From assembly GCA_043228905.1 (NCBI GenBank), contig JBHGNT010000022.1, positions 3,162,001 to 3,226,000 on the forward strand: a DNA stretch of 64,000 bases. Reading direction: 5' to 3'. Shown in pieces: positions 40,717 to 50,840 of this stretch. A program made the translations under genes and the position numbers. The stretch's first letter is position 1; each line of letters opens with the position of its first letter. The notes under the pieces are model-generated. The model was not told the origin of the DNA and did not search any database. It saw only the letters and a list, made by a program, of their open reading frames with translations. The DNA comes from Azolla caroliniana. Lineage: Eukaryota; Plantae; Polypodiophyta.

Positions 40717-41076
40717 ATGGCCGTCTTCACCTTCATGGGCAGAAGCGGCGGCGACTCTTGGAGTGCTAAGCAACACCTTGCTTTTGAGGATGGAGGTTTC
40801 CTTGAGGGATCGGTTGATTCTTCCTTCAATCTTTAGCACTTGCTTATGAAGCTTTCTCTCTCTCTCTCTCTCTCTTGGCGCTTTTGGATTGGTCTTCTAG
40901 GTAATCATTGGCGGTGGAGGAGGGGCGGCTTTGTGTCTAGTCGAGCAATAACATTGGTTGGGGGTGGGGGAGGGGTTAATGGTGGTGGTGGTGCTCCTAT
41001 TGTAGAAGAGAAAGAAGAAGTAAAAGAGAAAGAAGAAGAAATCGATGATGATATGGGATTCTCATTGTTTGATTAA
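40717..41076 (+). pseudogene. RPP3: 60S acidic ribosomal protein P3 pseudogene inside the TIR element
   Basis: MAVFTFMGRSGGDSWSAKQH resembles the plant P3 N-terminus (MGVFTF...WSAKQ). Also VF*VIIGGG and the acidic C-terminus EEKEE...DDDMGFSLFD*. Two TAG stops at Q positions, a frameshift, and a CT microsatellite replacing the middle. Confidence 0.8.
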
Positions 41077-43129
41077 AATTAATTAATTCAACTATCTGAG
41101 TAGAAGTAGTGTCTTTTTGTTTGCATTTTTTATCGGCCTTTTCCACTTTATTGATTCTAGTTGCTTAGTAAAAGTAGCTATTGGGAATTTATTTGTAAGG
41201 GGTTTTTCTTCATGACATGGATGTATGTATGTTTACATTTTGGAGTTGTCAATAGTAAGTGAGTTGCTTTGGTTTGAGCGAGAGAGAAGAAAAGAAAGCA
41301 AAGAGAGCAAGAGAGAAGGACCCATGAGTGTGATCGACCTCTTCGAAGTGGCCTCCTTTCGCAAGCAAGGATGTGTAGGATGAGCTACAAGAAGGTGAGA
41401 ATTTGTGGCCATTAGGATCCAAACCACTTTTCGAGGGTTATTGGTTTAGTACCATATCGATATGTGTGCATGTGTATTTGCATATGCATGGTTGTGTTTG
41501 TATGTGTCTATTTGTATGTGTCTATTTGTATGCATGTATGAATGCATGCACACATGCATTGGTAGCATTCCATCTCATGTTCTTTTTTTCCATGTTAATT
41601 TGTGTATTTTCTATTGTCATTTCACAAGCAAGAAGAGTTCTTTTGGTCTTGAGAAGCCTCATGGGGAGCTCATGATGTCGGTGCTTTCTCTAGGAAGGAC
41701 CATACCAAGTTCGATTCGAGTAATGCTACATTGTGAGGCAAGTTGTGAAGGGTATTGTTGCAGCAATAAGACTTGCTCGTCGTTGCATTGTTCCGGTATG
41801 TATTCTTCTTGTGACCTTGGTGGATGTTGAGTGTTGTTCTTTACTCATTGTGGCACGTTTTGTCCTTTTTCATGCAAATAAAGTCATGAGAAAAGATTGA
41901 ACACCATTCTTTCTTAGGAGCTTAGTAGAAACCAAGCTTGGTTGTGCATATTGGTCAAGGAATGTATAATAGTTTAGGAAAATGTATTCATTGTGTTTCC
42001 TTTCTATTCTTGAAATTGAAACAAAATGATGAAAATTTTGTTTACTTCAAGAAACCCTAATCCCAATGTTTTTCGACCTTAGATGATGGCTATCCACCTC
42101 GACCTTTGCAGAGGTAGAAACAAACATTACCATAAGACCTTAGATGATGGTTATTGTCAAAGTGAAACAAAAAGCCGACAAAATTTACTATTATGTCTAA
42201 GGGTTTTGCTTATGATCTACGCCTTTCTTTCTATTAGAGAAGTATGCAAAAATAAGAATGAAATGGTTGGAAAGGAAAGTATAGAGGGAGATGATATTTT
42301 GCTTATTCCAAATTTTTTCTCTTAAAACTCGTTTTTAACTAATATGGGAGTTTTGTCCCATTTGTTTGAAGTTTTTTCTTCAAATATTTGTTTTCTTTTC
42401 ATTATCTCAAATGGAAGAAAAATAATGGGCTATTTATAAGAGAGCTCAACAACAAATATTCATGTACTATGTGTGGTGATGGAGATGTTGAGTTAATTGG
42501 ATATTTTCATCAAAGACTCGTTGTACTTAATTGCTTTTCTATATGATATATTTGTATTTAAGGATATGGAGCTTTCAATACTTGAGACTAGGCTTCAAAT
42601 CTAACTAGTTTTTATTTTGGTGTCCAGTTATGCAAAGAATGCACCATCAAGGCTCTCATACCATGAGTTTGTTTTGAGGCTAGCTATCAAGGGAGGTCAA
42701 AGCATGCATTTCTTCCTATGATTGCCTTTTGTTCTATAAGTATGGATGGTCTTCATTCCTTTCATGTCTTTTTGGATTTGGAGGTTGACATTTATTAGGA
42801 ACATTTCTAAAGCCAAGGGGGTGTTTATTCATTGAATCCCACCCACTTTAATCTTCACTGACCGTGTGTCTGTGGATTTTTATTATCACCTAACATTGTA
42901 TTCATCTTTCTTGGTGCTACATCATTAGGAGAATGCAAGGTCCTCATTTCTACTTGTTGTAAAGGAAGGAGATTGATAAATAAATCATTGCATGAGTTGT
43001 AATATATTAGTTTCCTCTCATCTAATGAATCATTGTTTGTTTGAAACATTATTTGAATCGTAGGTATTTCATTATTATAGCAAGTTGGTTTTGCATGTGT
43101 TTGTTTGTTGCAAACTATATAATCTAAGG

Positions 43130-43235
43130 AAAAGGTGTATTAGAAAGAGATGTTGCATTGCTAATAGTGTGATTGATATGTATGTCAAATGTGGCTTGAT
43201 CCATGTAGCACATACATATATGCTTGATAAGCTTC
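43130..43235 (+). pseudogene. Fragment of a PLS-type pentatricopeptide repeat (PPR) gene
   Basis: KGVLERDV../IANSVIDMYVKCGLI matches the NxL(I/V)DMYxKCG PPR signature; frameshifted. Confidence 0.6.
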
Positions 43236-44441
43236 ACATATTGAATTAATCATAAATTAATCTCTTCCTCGTTAAATAATGTTGTGATGTGAGAAGTTAT
43301 TGAGCATTTGAAGGAACTTCTAGTAGTGATGGGGTATTCATGATGAAATTTCATGAAGTTTAAAGATAGAAGAGCATCAACCCAAATAATGAACTCTTGA
43401 GTCTTTATTAGTAAAAGAATATCTATGATTTTGGTGCAAATAGACACGAGCCCCTACACACATACACACATGTCATACAACTAAGATATACCACACATAC
43501 AATATAATACATACATAAATAAACATGGTATACAATACATACATACACACATGTATAAAACATACATGTGTCTTCTATGTAAGGGCATTTAAAATGAGTT
43601 GTTGTCAAAATATATATTGGCACTAAGGGTTATTTTTATTAACCGTGTTTTTATAGAAGGGTATCTAAAATAGTAAAAAACATACGTATAAGGGGTTTAT
43701 AAAAGGTGTTACGAACGCACGCGATATAACCTTTTTATATATAGTGGAGCCCCCGGGGATTAAGGTTCTAGTTCGAAAGGGCACGTTGTCGTGAAGAAAA
43801 CCGTCCCTTAGCGCAATCGGTGCATAGCGCGCGTGAACCGGCTCTTCACGCGTGCGCGCCCCTTTAATGTATATAATAGGGAATTAGGTACATAGGCATA
43901 TCCGGGGTAGTTAGATTCGGTAGGTAGGAAGTAAATGAGGGAGACGGCTCCCTTCTTGAAGCTATAAAAGAGAGGGGGACGCGGGGAAAAGGGGATCGCG
44001 CATTGAGGAGGACGAAGTGTGGTCGGACCGTAACTGAACGCTTCTCCTCTGTTCATTCTCCATCGCTCTTCTTTGCAGGATTTCGGGAGGCTCACGCTGC
44101 TTCGAGGAATGCCCCTGTGCTTCCAGCAGCACCTCCATCCTATCCCCTTTCGCGCGCAGACGAGCAGGCATCGGCATTTGTTCGCCGGCCTGTTCGGTTG
44201 TAACCGCTCGTGTGCTCTGTTGTTTTGTGTCATTTGTTAATATACAAACATTCGTGTCTCTCTGTCTCTGTGTCCACTCGCGTGTTCTGTGTTGACAGGG
44301 CCGTGTCCCTGTGTTTCTTCGCTCATACGTTACCGGTCGTCTCTCTCTTTCTCTTTCCCCTCCTATCACCTAACCTTCGGTTCAAGACCCCGGTGGTCCC
44401 GCCTCGTTTCTCCACGCACGCGCGTAGCAACGCGACATCTT

Positions 44442-44458
44442 TGGTGAACCCGACGTGA
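44442..44458 (+). promoter_or_regulatory. tRNA-Trp primer-binding site
   Basis: TGGTGAACCCGACGTGA, 4 nt after the LTR; identical to the PBS at 21839 and at 6414-6430 (minus). Confidence 0.85.
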
Positions 44459-45702
44459 AAAAGGCGGCAGAGGAGCAGAAGATGAGGGGGTCGGATCTTG
44501 CAGAGGCCATGGCTTCGGCCGTGGACCGGATAGTGAGCGCGCGTGAGGGCACCGGCGCCCTTGACAGGGCTATTGAGGCGATCGTCGATATGATCGGCCG
44601 GTTTAGTGGAAAGGATGCCACGAGTTATTTGGCGTCCTACCGGGCGGAGATGTTGATGAGGGATATTCCGGAAGAGAGGCGTCTTGCCGGATTCCCTCAA
44701 GTGGCGATGCCGGGCATCCATGCGGAGGTGCTTGAGGTCCGGGCGGAGAGCCGGACCTGGGAGGAGTTCGAAGGACGGCTCCTGGAGAAATACGGGCTGG
44801 ATGACGCGCTTCGACTTTCGAAGCGGGGCTTCATGGAGTGGGTGGAGTCCCCCGACAAAGGAAGAAATGTGTCGGCACTCCTCCGGGAGTTTGAGGATCG
44901 CTTTGCGCGCCTTTTGGCGCTCGATCGGACCGTTCTGGACACAAGTCGTGTCCTACTGTTTGTCAAATCGGTTGACGCACGGGATCGGGAGCAAGTGGGC
45001 TCCTTACTGGAAACCGAAGACGGGCTGACGGCCGACTGGGCTGCGGTAAAAAGAGTCTACGGCCGTTTTGACAAACGATGGGAGTGGGCTGATACAGGGG
45101 CGACCGGGGCGGGTCATGTCGCAGCAAGGAAGCTCAAACCGATACCGCAGGCGCAACGGGAAGAGACCCAGGAGTGGCTCGAAACCGGTTCGACTTCGAC
45201 TGGCGTGGTCAGAGGCCCATCCGGGGGGACAACTTTCGAGGAGTTGACATGTGCGGTAAAGGATCTCCAGATCGCCCAGGCTCGGAGGGAAGGCGACGAT
45301 CAGGCTCGTGACCGACGGCCTCCGGCAGGAAATAGGTGCATGTGGTGCGACGAGGTCGGCCACATCTGGAAAGACGGCGGGGACTTTGTGGAGGCTTTGA
45401 GAAGCCGGGTAGTGTACCTGTGGGAAGGTCGGGTGCACGCCAGCGATACCCGGAGGGCCCTAAACCGAAACGACAGGCGAGGAGGAATGAAAAGGCTGAT
45501 GGAAGAGGCGGCGGCCCGGCACGCGGAGACCGTCCACTACTCAGTGTCAACCGGCATTCGGGTCGGAGGCAGCGAGGCCCGGAAGGAGAGCAAAGCCGGG
45601 TTCTGGCCGACGGTGCTGGAAGGCCTCGCCGGTGCCCGACTAAAGAAAGACGAGGCAGACCGCGCGGAGAAGCGGGTCCAGGAGGTAAACCGGGTGGAGT
45701 GA
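44455..45702 (+). CDS. Gag (with degenerate CCHC knuckle)
   Basis: 415-codon ORF after the PBS; CMWCDEVGHIWKDG. Confidence 0.75.
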   Translation: MKKAAEEQKMRGSDLAEAMASAVDRIVSAREGTGALDRAIEAIVDMIGRFSGKDATSYLASYRAEMLMRDIPEERRLAGFPQVAMPGIHAEVLEVRAESRTWEEFEGRLLEKYGLDDALRLSKRGFMEWVESPDKGRNVSALLREFEDRFARLLALDRTVLDTSRVLLFVKSVDARDREQVGSLLETEDGLTADWAAVKRVYGRFDKRWEWADTGATGAGHVAARKLKPIPQAQREETQEWLETGSTSTGVVRGPSGGTTFEELTCAVKDLQIAQARREGDDQARDRRPPAGNRCMWCDEVGHIWKDGGDFVEALRSRVVYLWEGRVHASDTRRALNRNDRRGGMKRLMEEAAARHAETVHYSVSTGIRVGGSEARKESKAGFWPTVLEGLAGARLKKDEADRAEKRVQEVNRVE

Positions 45703-45948
45703 CCCGGTCGAAGAAAAGACGGGGTTCGTCAAAGCAGCTTGCCAAAACTACGAGGCTCTGGTTGAAGACAAACGGGTAGGTAAAACCGGAGGGGCCGGAC
45801 CCTCAGAGAGATATGAAACCCGATTCGGGCCGAAACGGAACGAGGCCAGTGAGTCCAATGCCCGGGATAACCACAAGAAGGGCGGATGTTGTATGTATGG
45901 CATTGCTTTCCCATTTGCCTTCTCTGACCGGCCAACAGCGGATACCGT

Positions 45949-48900
45949 TTGGGCATGGAGATCGAAAGGACCACGGACCTACGAAAGGTCCTAGAAGAAC
46001 GAATCCTCGACAGCAAGGTGGAACTGTCGTTGCGGGAGGTGCTCAGAATCGCCAAGAAGGAGTTCCACGACTCCATCGTAGACTTGGTGAAGAGGAAGAG
46101 GCTGTCGACGGAGGCAGAACCGGAAAGGCCGGTGGAGGTGCGGACGACGCACATGGAGGACATGACGATGGAAGACGAGTGGGCAGAGAGCCACTATTCG
46201 AGGCCACATTGGGCCCGAGCGACCACGGAAACCCCGGTGAAGATCGGAGATGTTCAGGAACCGGTGGTGGCACTGGTGGACCACGGTTCGGAAATAAACC
46301 TGATGTCCATGGACTTCTACAAGAAGGGGAAATGGCCGATCAACACCAAGCACGGGTGGAAGATACGGGCGGCGACGCGTGCCACCGAGGAACTACACGG
46401 GGCCTGTCCAAACGTGCGAGTCAAGATTGGCGACGTCGAGATAGACCAGCACTTCTTTGTGCAGGAGACGTCCTCGCACCCGGTCATACTGGGAGAACCG
46501 TACATTACGACAGCGCGGATGGAGACCAAGGTGCTGGACAATAGGTCGGCTTACGCGAGGGTCAAGAGTCAGGACAGGCGTCATTCGGTCCAGTTCCTGA
46601 CGGTGCGACCGAACCACGAGCGTAACTGCGAGTCCCTGGGTGGCGAGAACTGAGAGGATTTTTAGAGAGGGCTGTCAAGGTGTGGGGCCGCGACAGTCCG
46701 AACAGTCCGGGAAAACCCCACAAATGTACGATAGAGGCGAAACCGAAGAAACCTTGTACCGTAAGTAGGAAGTTTTGTTTCTCCGACAACGGAGGGTGTA
46801 CGATAGTCGGCGTCGTTGGCCGAGAAAAGACAAGGGCGGAAGAGCGACTTCGGGCGTGCGGAGTTCTTGGGCCCAACGAGGAAATCAACGGAGCCGTGGA
46901 GGCGGTCTCCTTCGACGATACCTTGGGAATACTGCGAGAGGTGGTCGGAGAAGGCCTTAAAGAGGACTGGACGATACCGGTTTGTTCAGAAGAGATGTAC
47001 GAAGTCATCGCGGATCGGACGGCCCGGGTTAACACGAAGTATAAGACTATGGACCGGAAGGTAAGGCCAGTCGCGGCACCCTTACCGGAGGGCAGCGAGT
47101 TGCGAATCAAGGGGGTTGCGTCGGACCCCAGTTTACGAGATCCGGCATGCATAGGACACACCTTCACCGACAAAACGCTACGGGAGCTCAAAATCGGTGG
47201 GGGCGGGTTCCTACTGCCGGCGGAAGAAGACCGGTTTCGGAGAATGCTTGGAAGGCACGGGAAAGCCTTCGCATTCTCACCGGGAGAGATTGGGTGCATA
47301 GACCCGACAGTTGTGAAGCCGATGGTGATATTCACGGTACCGCATGTGCCGTGGAATCTCAAACCAATTCCGGTACCGAGAGCTCACATCCCGGAGCTGA
47401 TGGAGGTGTTGAGGCAAAAAGTCGATATGGGCATCCTCGAACCGTCGAGTGCCCCGTACTCGAACCGGTGGTTTACTGTACCGAAGAAGAACGGGACGTT
47501 GCACTTCATTCAAGACCTGCAACCGGTCAACAAAGTGACCATTCGGAACGCAGGAATCGGACCAACGATAGACGAGTTCGTAGAGGCCTTCGCCGGAAGG
47601 TCGATCTACTTGGTCGGTGATCTGTACTAGCCGTAGAGAGCAGAGACATTACGACGATGCGGACTCCTCTCGGCCTAGTGCGGATGTGTACCCTGCCGCA
47701 AGGAGGGACGAACTCGGTGGCCCACATGGTGAATGCGATGAACAAGGTGCTGAGGGATTGTATCCTGGACATCACCATGCCATTCTTGGGCGACATCCCG
47801 ATCAAGGGATGTCCGGTGGAGGAAAAGGACGAAACGATCGGACCGGACGGATGCCGGAAATTCGTGGCGACACACATTGGCGACTGCGAGAAGGTGCTGC
47901 AGAGGGTAGAGGACGCGAGGCTCACCTTCTCCGGAGAGAAATCGGCCTTCGGGCAATCGGAGATCATGGTCGTCGGACATCTATGCGGACCGTATGGCCG
48001 GAAACCGTCTCCGGCTAAGGTAGAAGCCATCTCCGCAATGAAGCCCGACTGTAACTCGGTCACGGAGGTACGGAGGTTCTTGGGAGCTTGCGCTTTCTAC
48101 CACATATGGATCCCGCATTACGCCCACGTTGCCGAGCCGCTATATGGGTTGCTAAAAAAGGGGCGAAAATTCGAGTGGTGGGACGAGCATACGGAGTCGG
48201 TCCGAAAGATGAAGGAGGCTCTTGCTGCAGCTCCGGCACTCCGGAAGGCTGACTAAGAGAAAGGCACTCCCATCTACATAACGGTAGATACAAGTTCGAC
48301 CAGGATCGGATGGGTTGTCAACCAAGAAGATCAGGACGGCATTCGGTTCCCAATCCGGTTCGGCGCGAAGGTCCTCAGCGAGCGACAGCGAGGATACGCC
48401 CAGGTTAAACGTGAACTCTGGGGTATCGTTTTGGCGGTAAAGGCCGATAAAGACTATCTGATCGGGATAGAGGTGATTATTGAGACGGACTACCTGCCGA
48501 TTCTCGGCATGGTTTCCGGATGCGCAACCTCAGACCTGGCAATGCTCAGGTGGATAGCATACATCAAGTCCCTGGATCCGGAAATACGACACATTTCCGG
48601 GAAAGACAATGCCATGGCCGACATGCTTTCGAGGACGCGATTCGACGACGAGGGCGGCATGGTTTCAGAGGACGAGGAAGTCGGCGTGGACTTCTTCGAG
48701 GCGGCTTACGTAACAACTGAGGGGGGGAGCACTCCGGCGCTTAACGATTTTAACGAGAGCAAGTACGATGGGGAGTGGCTGCAGATTGGAGGATTCTTAA
48801 GGACGATGACGCCGGACGCGTCATGGACAAAGGACGAGGCCAACCGGATCTGGAAGAAATCATACCGATTCTTTCTCCGGGACGGATACTTGTGGAAGCA

Positions 48901-50197
48901 CCCGAAGAAGAGAAACAACATCCCGCTCCGAGTAATGGCGATGAAGGAGGAACAGGAGGAGTTACTGAAGGACTACCACGACAGCCCCTAGGCTGGACAC
49001 CGTGGAACGTGGGCCACGTTCGATAAACTAAAGGGGAAGTACTGGTGGCCGAGACTGTACCGGGACGTGCATCGGTTCATGACGACTTGTGAGAGCTGTC
49101 AGATACACTCCATAGTCCGACATCAGGACGAGCTTCACCCTACATACCCTCCGGCCGTCCAGTTCAAATGGATGGTAGATTTGGTGACGATGCCGATGGG
49201 CGTAGCGCAGATGCGATATCTGGTGCTGGCCCGGGAGGACCTGACGAACCAGGTGGAAGGCCGAGTCCTGCAGAACAAAATGACTGCGGCCGTGTGTCGG
49301 TTCCTAATCGAGGACGTGATATGCCGGTACGGGTGCGTCGGGAAGATCGTGGCTGACCGCGGGGAGTTGGACGCCGAAGAGGCCAAGGAGCTGTTCAACC
49401 GGTTAGGAGTCAAGCTCTCGCTCACCACAGCGTACAATCCGGAGGCGAACGGGAAAGTGGAGCGCGGACACGGACCGATCGTCAAAGTGTTAGTTCGGGC
49501 ATGTGGAGGCCAGGTCGGGAACTGGCCACGACTGTTACCTTATGCCTTGTGGGCGGATAGGACAACACACAGTTCGGTAACCGGGTTCATGCCGTCAGAG
49601 CTCATGTTCGGACAAAAGCCGATCATGCCGATGGAACGGACGATCTCCTCTTGGGCGACAGTGGACTGGAGAGACGAGATGAGCTGGGAAGAACTGCTAG
49701 CAGCGCGTATATGGCAGCTCGAGCGGAGGCCAGAGGACGTGGAACGAGCGGCGGAGAGACTTCGGACGGTGAGGATGAGGAACAAAGCCCGGTTCGACCG
49801 AACCCACCGGCTCCGACCAAAGAAAATCGAGGAAGGTGACTGGGTGCTAGTCTACGATAGCAGCCTCGACAACCAGCACCGGGCAACACGGAAGTTTGCA
49901 AAGCGGTGGTTCGGGCCTTACGTGGTAACGAGCGCCAACGACAACGGGACGTATGATCTGGCGGAAGTCGACGGTACGAGGATGGCGATACCGGTAGTAG
50001 GGAAGCGGATCAAAGCGTTCAAAAAGCGCCACGACGGCGAACTGGATCTAAGAGGCCTTGACAGCGACGACGAACAGTCCGAAACGGAGGACGAAACGAT
50101 GGATGAAGAACCGGAACTCGGACCGGTTTTCTCCAACCAGAGCACAATTTTGGCGCATACCGGTGGATGGGCGGTTAGGTGGGGGCGGATGTCGTGA
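45949..50197 (+). pseudogene. Protease-RT-RNase H-integrase (pol), interrupted by stops and frameshifts
   Basis: ALVDHGSEINL (PR), APYSNRWFTVPKKNG and LPQGGTNS (RT; catalytic motif reads FLGD), HISGKDNAMADMLSR (RH), TAYNPEANGKVERGH and WFGPY (INT). No chromodomain. Confidence 0.9.
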
Positions 50198-50840
50198 AGA
50201 AAACCGTCCCTTAGCGCAATCGGTGCATAGCGCGTGTGAACCGGCTCTTCACGCGTGCACGCCCCTTTAATGTATATAATAGGGAATTAGGTACATAGGC
50301 ATATCCGGGGTAGTTAGATTCGGTAGGTAGGAAGTAAATGAGGGAGACGGCTCCCTTCCTGAAGCTATAAAAGAGAGGGGGACGCGGGGAAAAGGGGATC
50401 GCGCATTGAGGAGGACGAAGTGCTGTCGGACCGTAACTGAACACTTCTCCTCTGTTCATTCTCCATCACTCTTCTTTGCAGGATTTCGGGAGGCTCGCGC
50501 TGCTTCGAGGAACGCCCGTGTGCTTCCGGCAGCACCTCCATCCTATCCCCTTTCGCGCACAGACGAGCAGGCATCGGCATCTGTTCGCCGGCCTGTTCGG
50601 TTGTAACCGCTTGTGTGCTCTGTTGTTTTGTGTCATTTGTTAATATACAAACATTCGTGTCTCTCTGTCTCTGTGTCCACTCGCGTGTTCTGTGTTGACA
50701 GGGCCGTGTCCCTGTGTTTCTTCGCTCATACGTTACCGGTCGTCTCTCTCTTTCTCTTTCCCCTCCTATCACCTAACCTTCGATTCAAGACCCCGGTGGT
50801 CCCGCCTCGTTTCTCCACGCACGCGCGTAGCAACGCGACA

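Larger units (their letters stand above)
37868..43757. mobile_element. Non-autonomous TIR DNA transposon (5.9 kb, 8-bp TSD, hAT-like by TSD length) carrying gene fragments
   Basis: Left TIR CTCGGGGGCTTCACTAT vs reverse-complemented right end CCCGGGGGCTCCACTAT (15/17). TSD GATTAAGG at 37860-37867 / 43758-43765. Subterminal AAGGG motifs. No transposase ORF seen. Confidence 0.85.
43787..50840 (+). mobile_element. Full-length Ty3/gypsy non-chromovirus LTR retrotransposon, tRNA-Trp primed (possibly Phygy/Selgy-like)
   Basis: LTRs at 43787-44437 and 50190-50840 (651 bp each, about 15 substitutions counted by eye). TSD ACGT at 43783-43786 / 50841-50844. PBS at 44442-44458. PPT GGTGGGGGCGGA. Confidence 0.95.

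Noticed and set aside
40840-41076. Functional P1/P2 ribosomal protein from the 78-aa ORF
   Set aside because: Only the acidic tail is in this frame; the upstream sequence is P3-like and carries stops and a frameshift.
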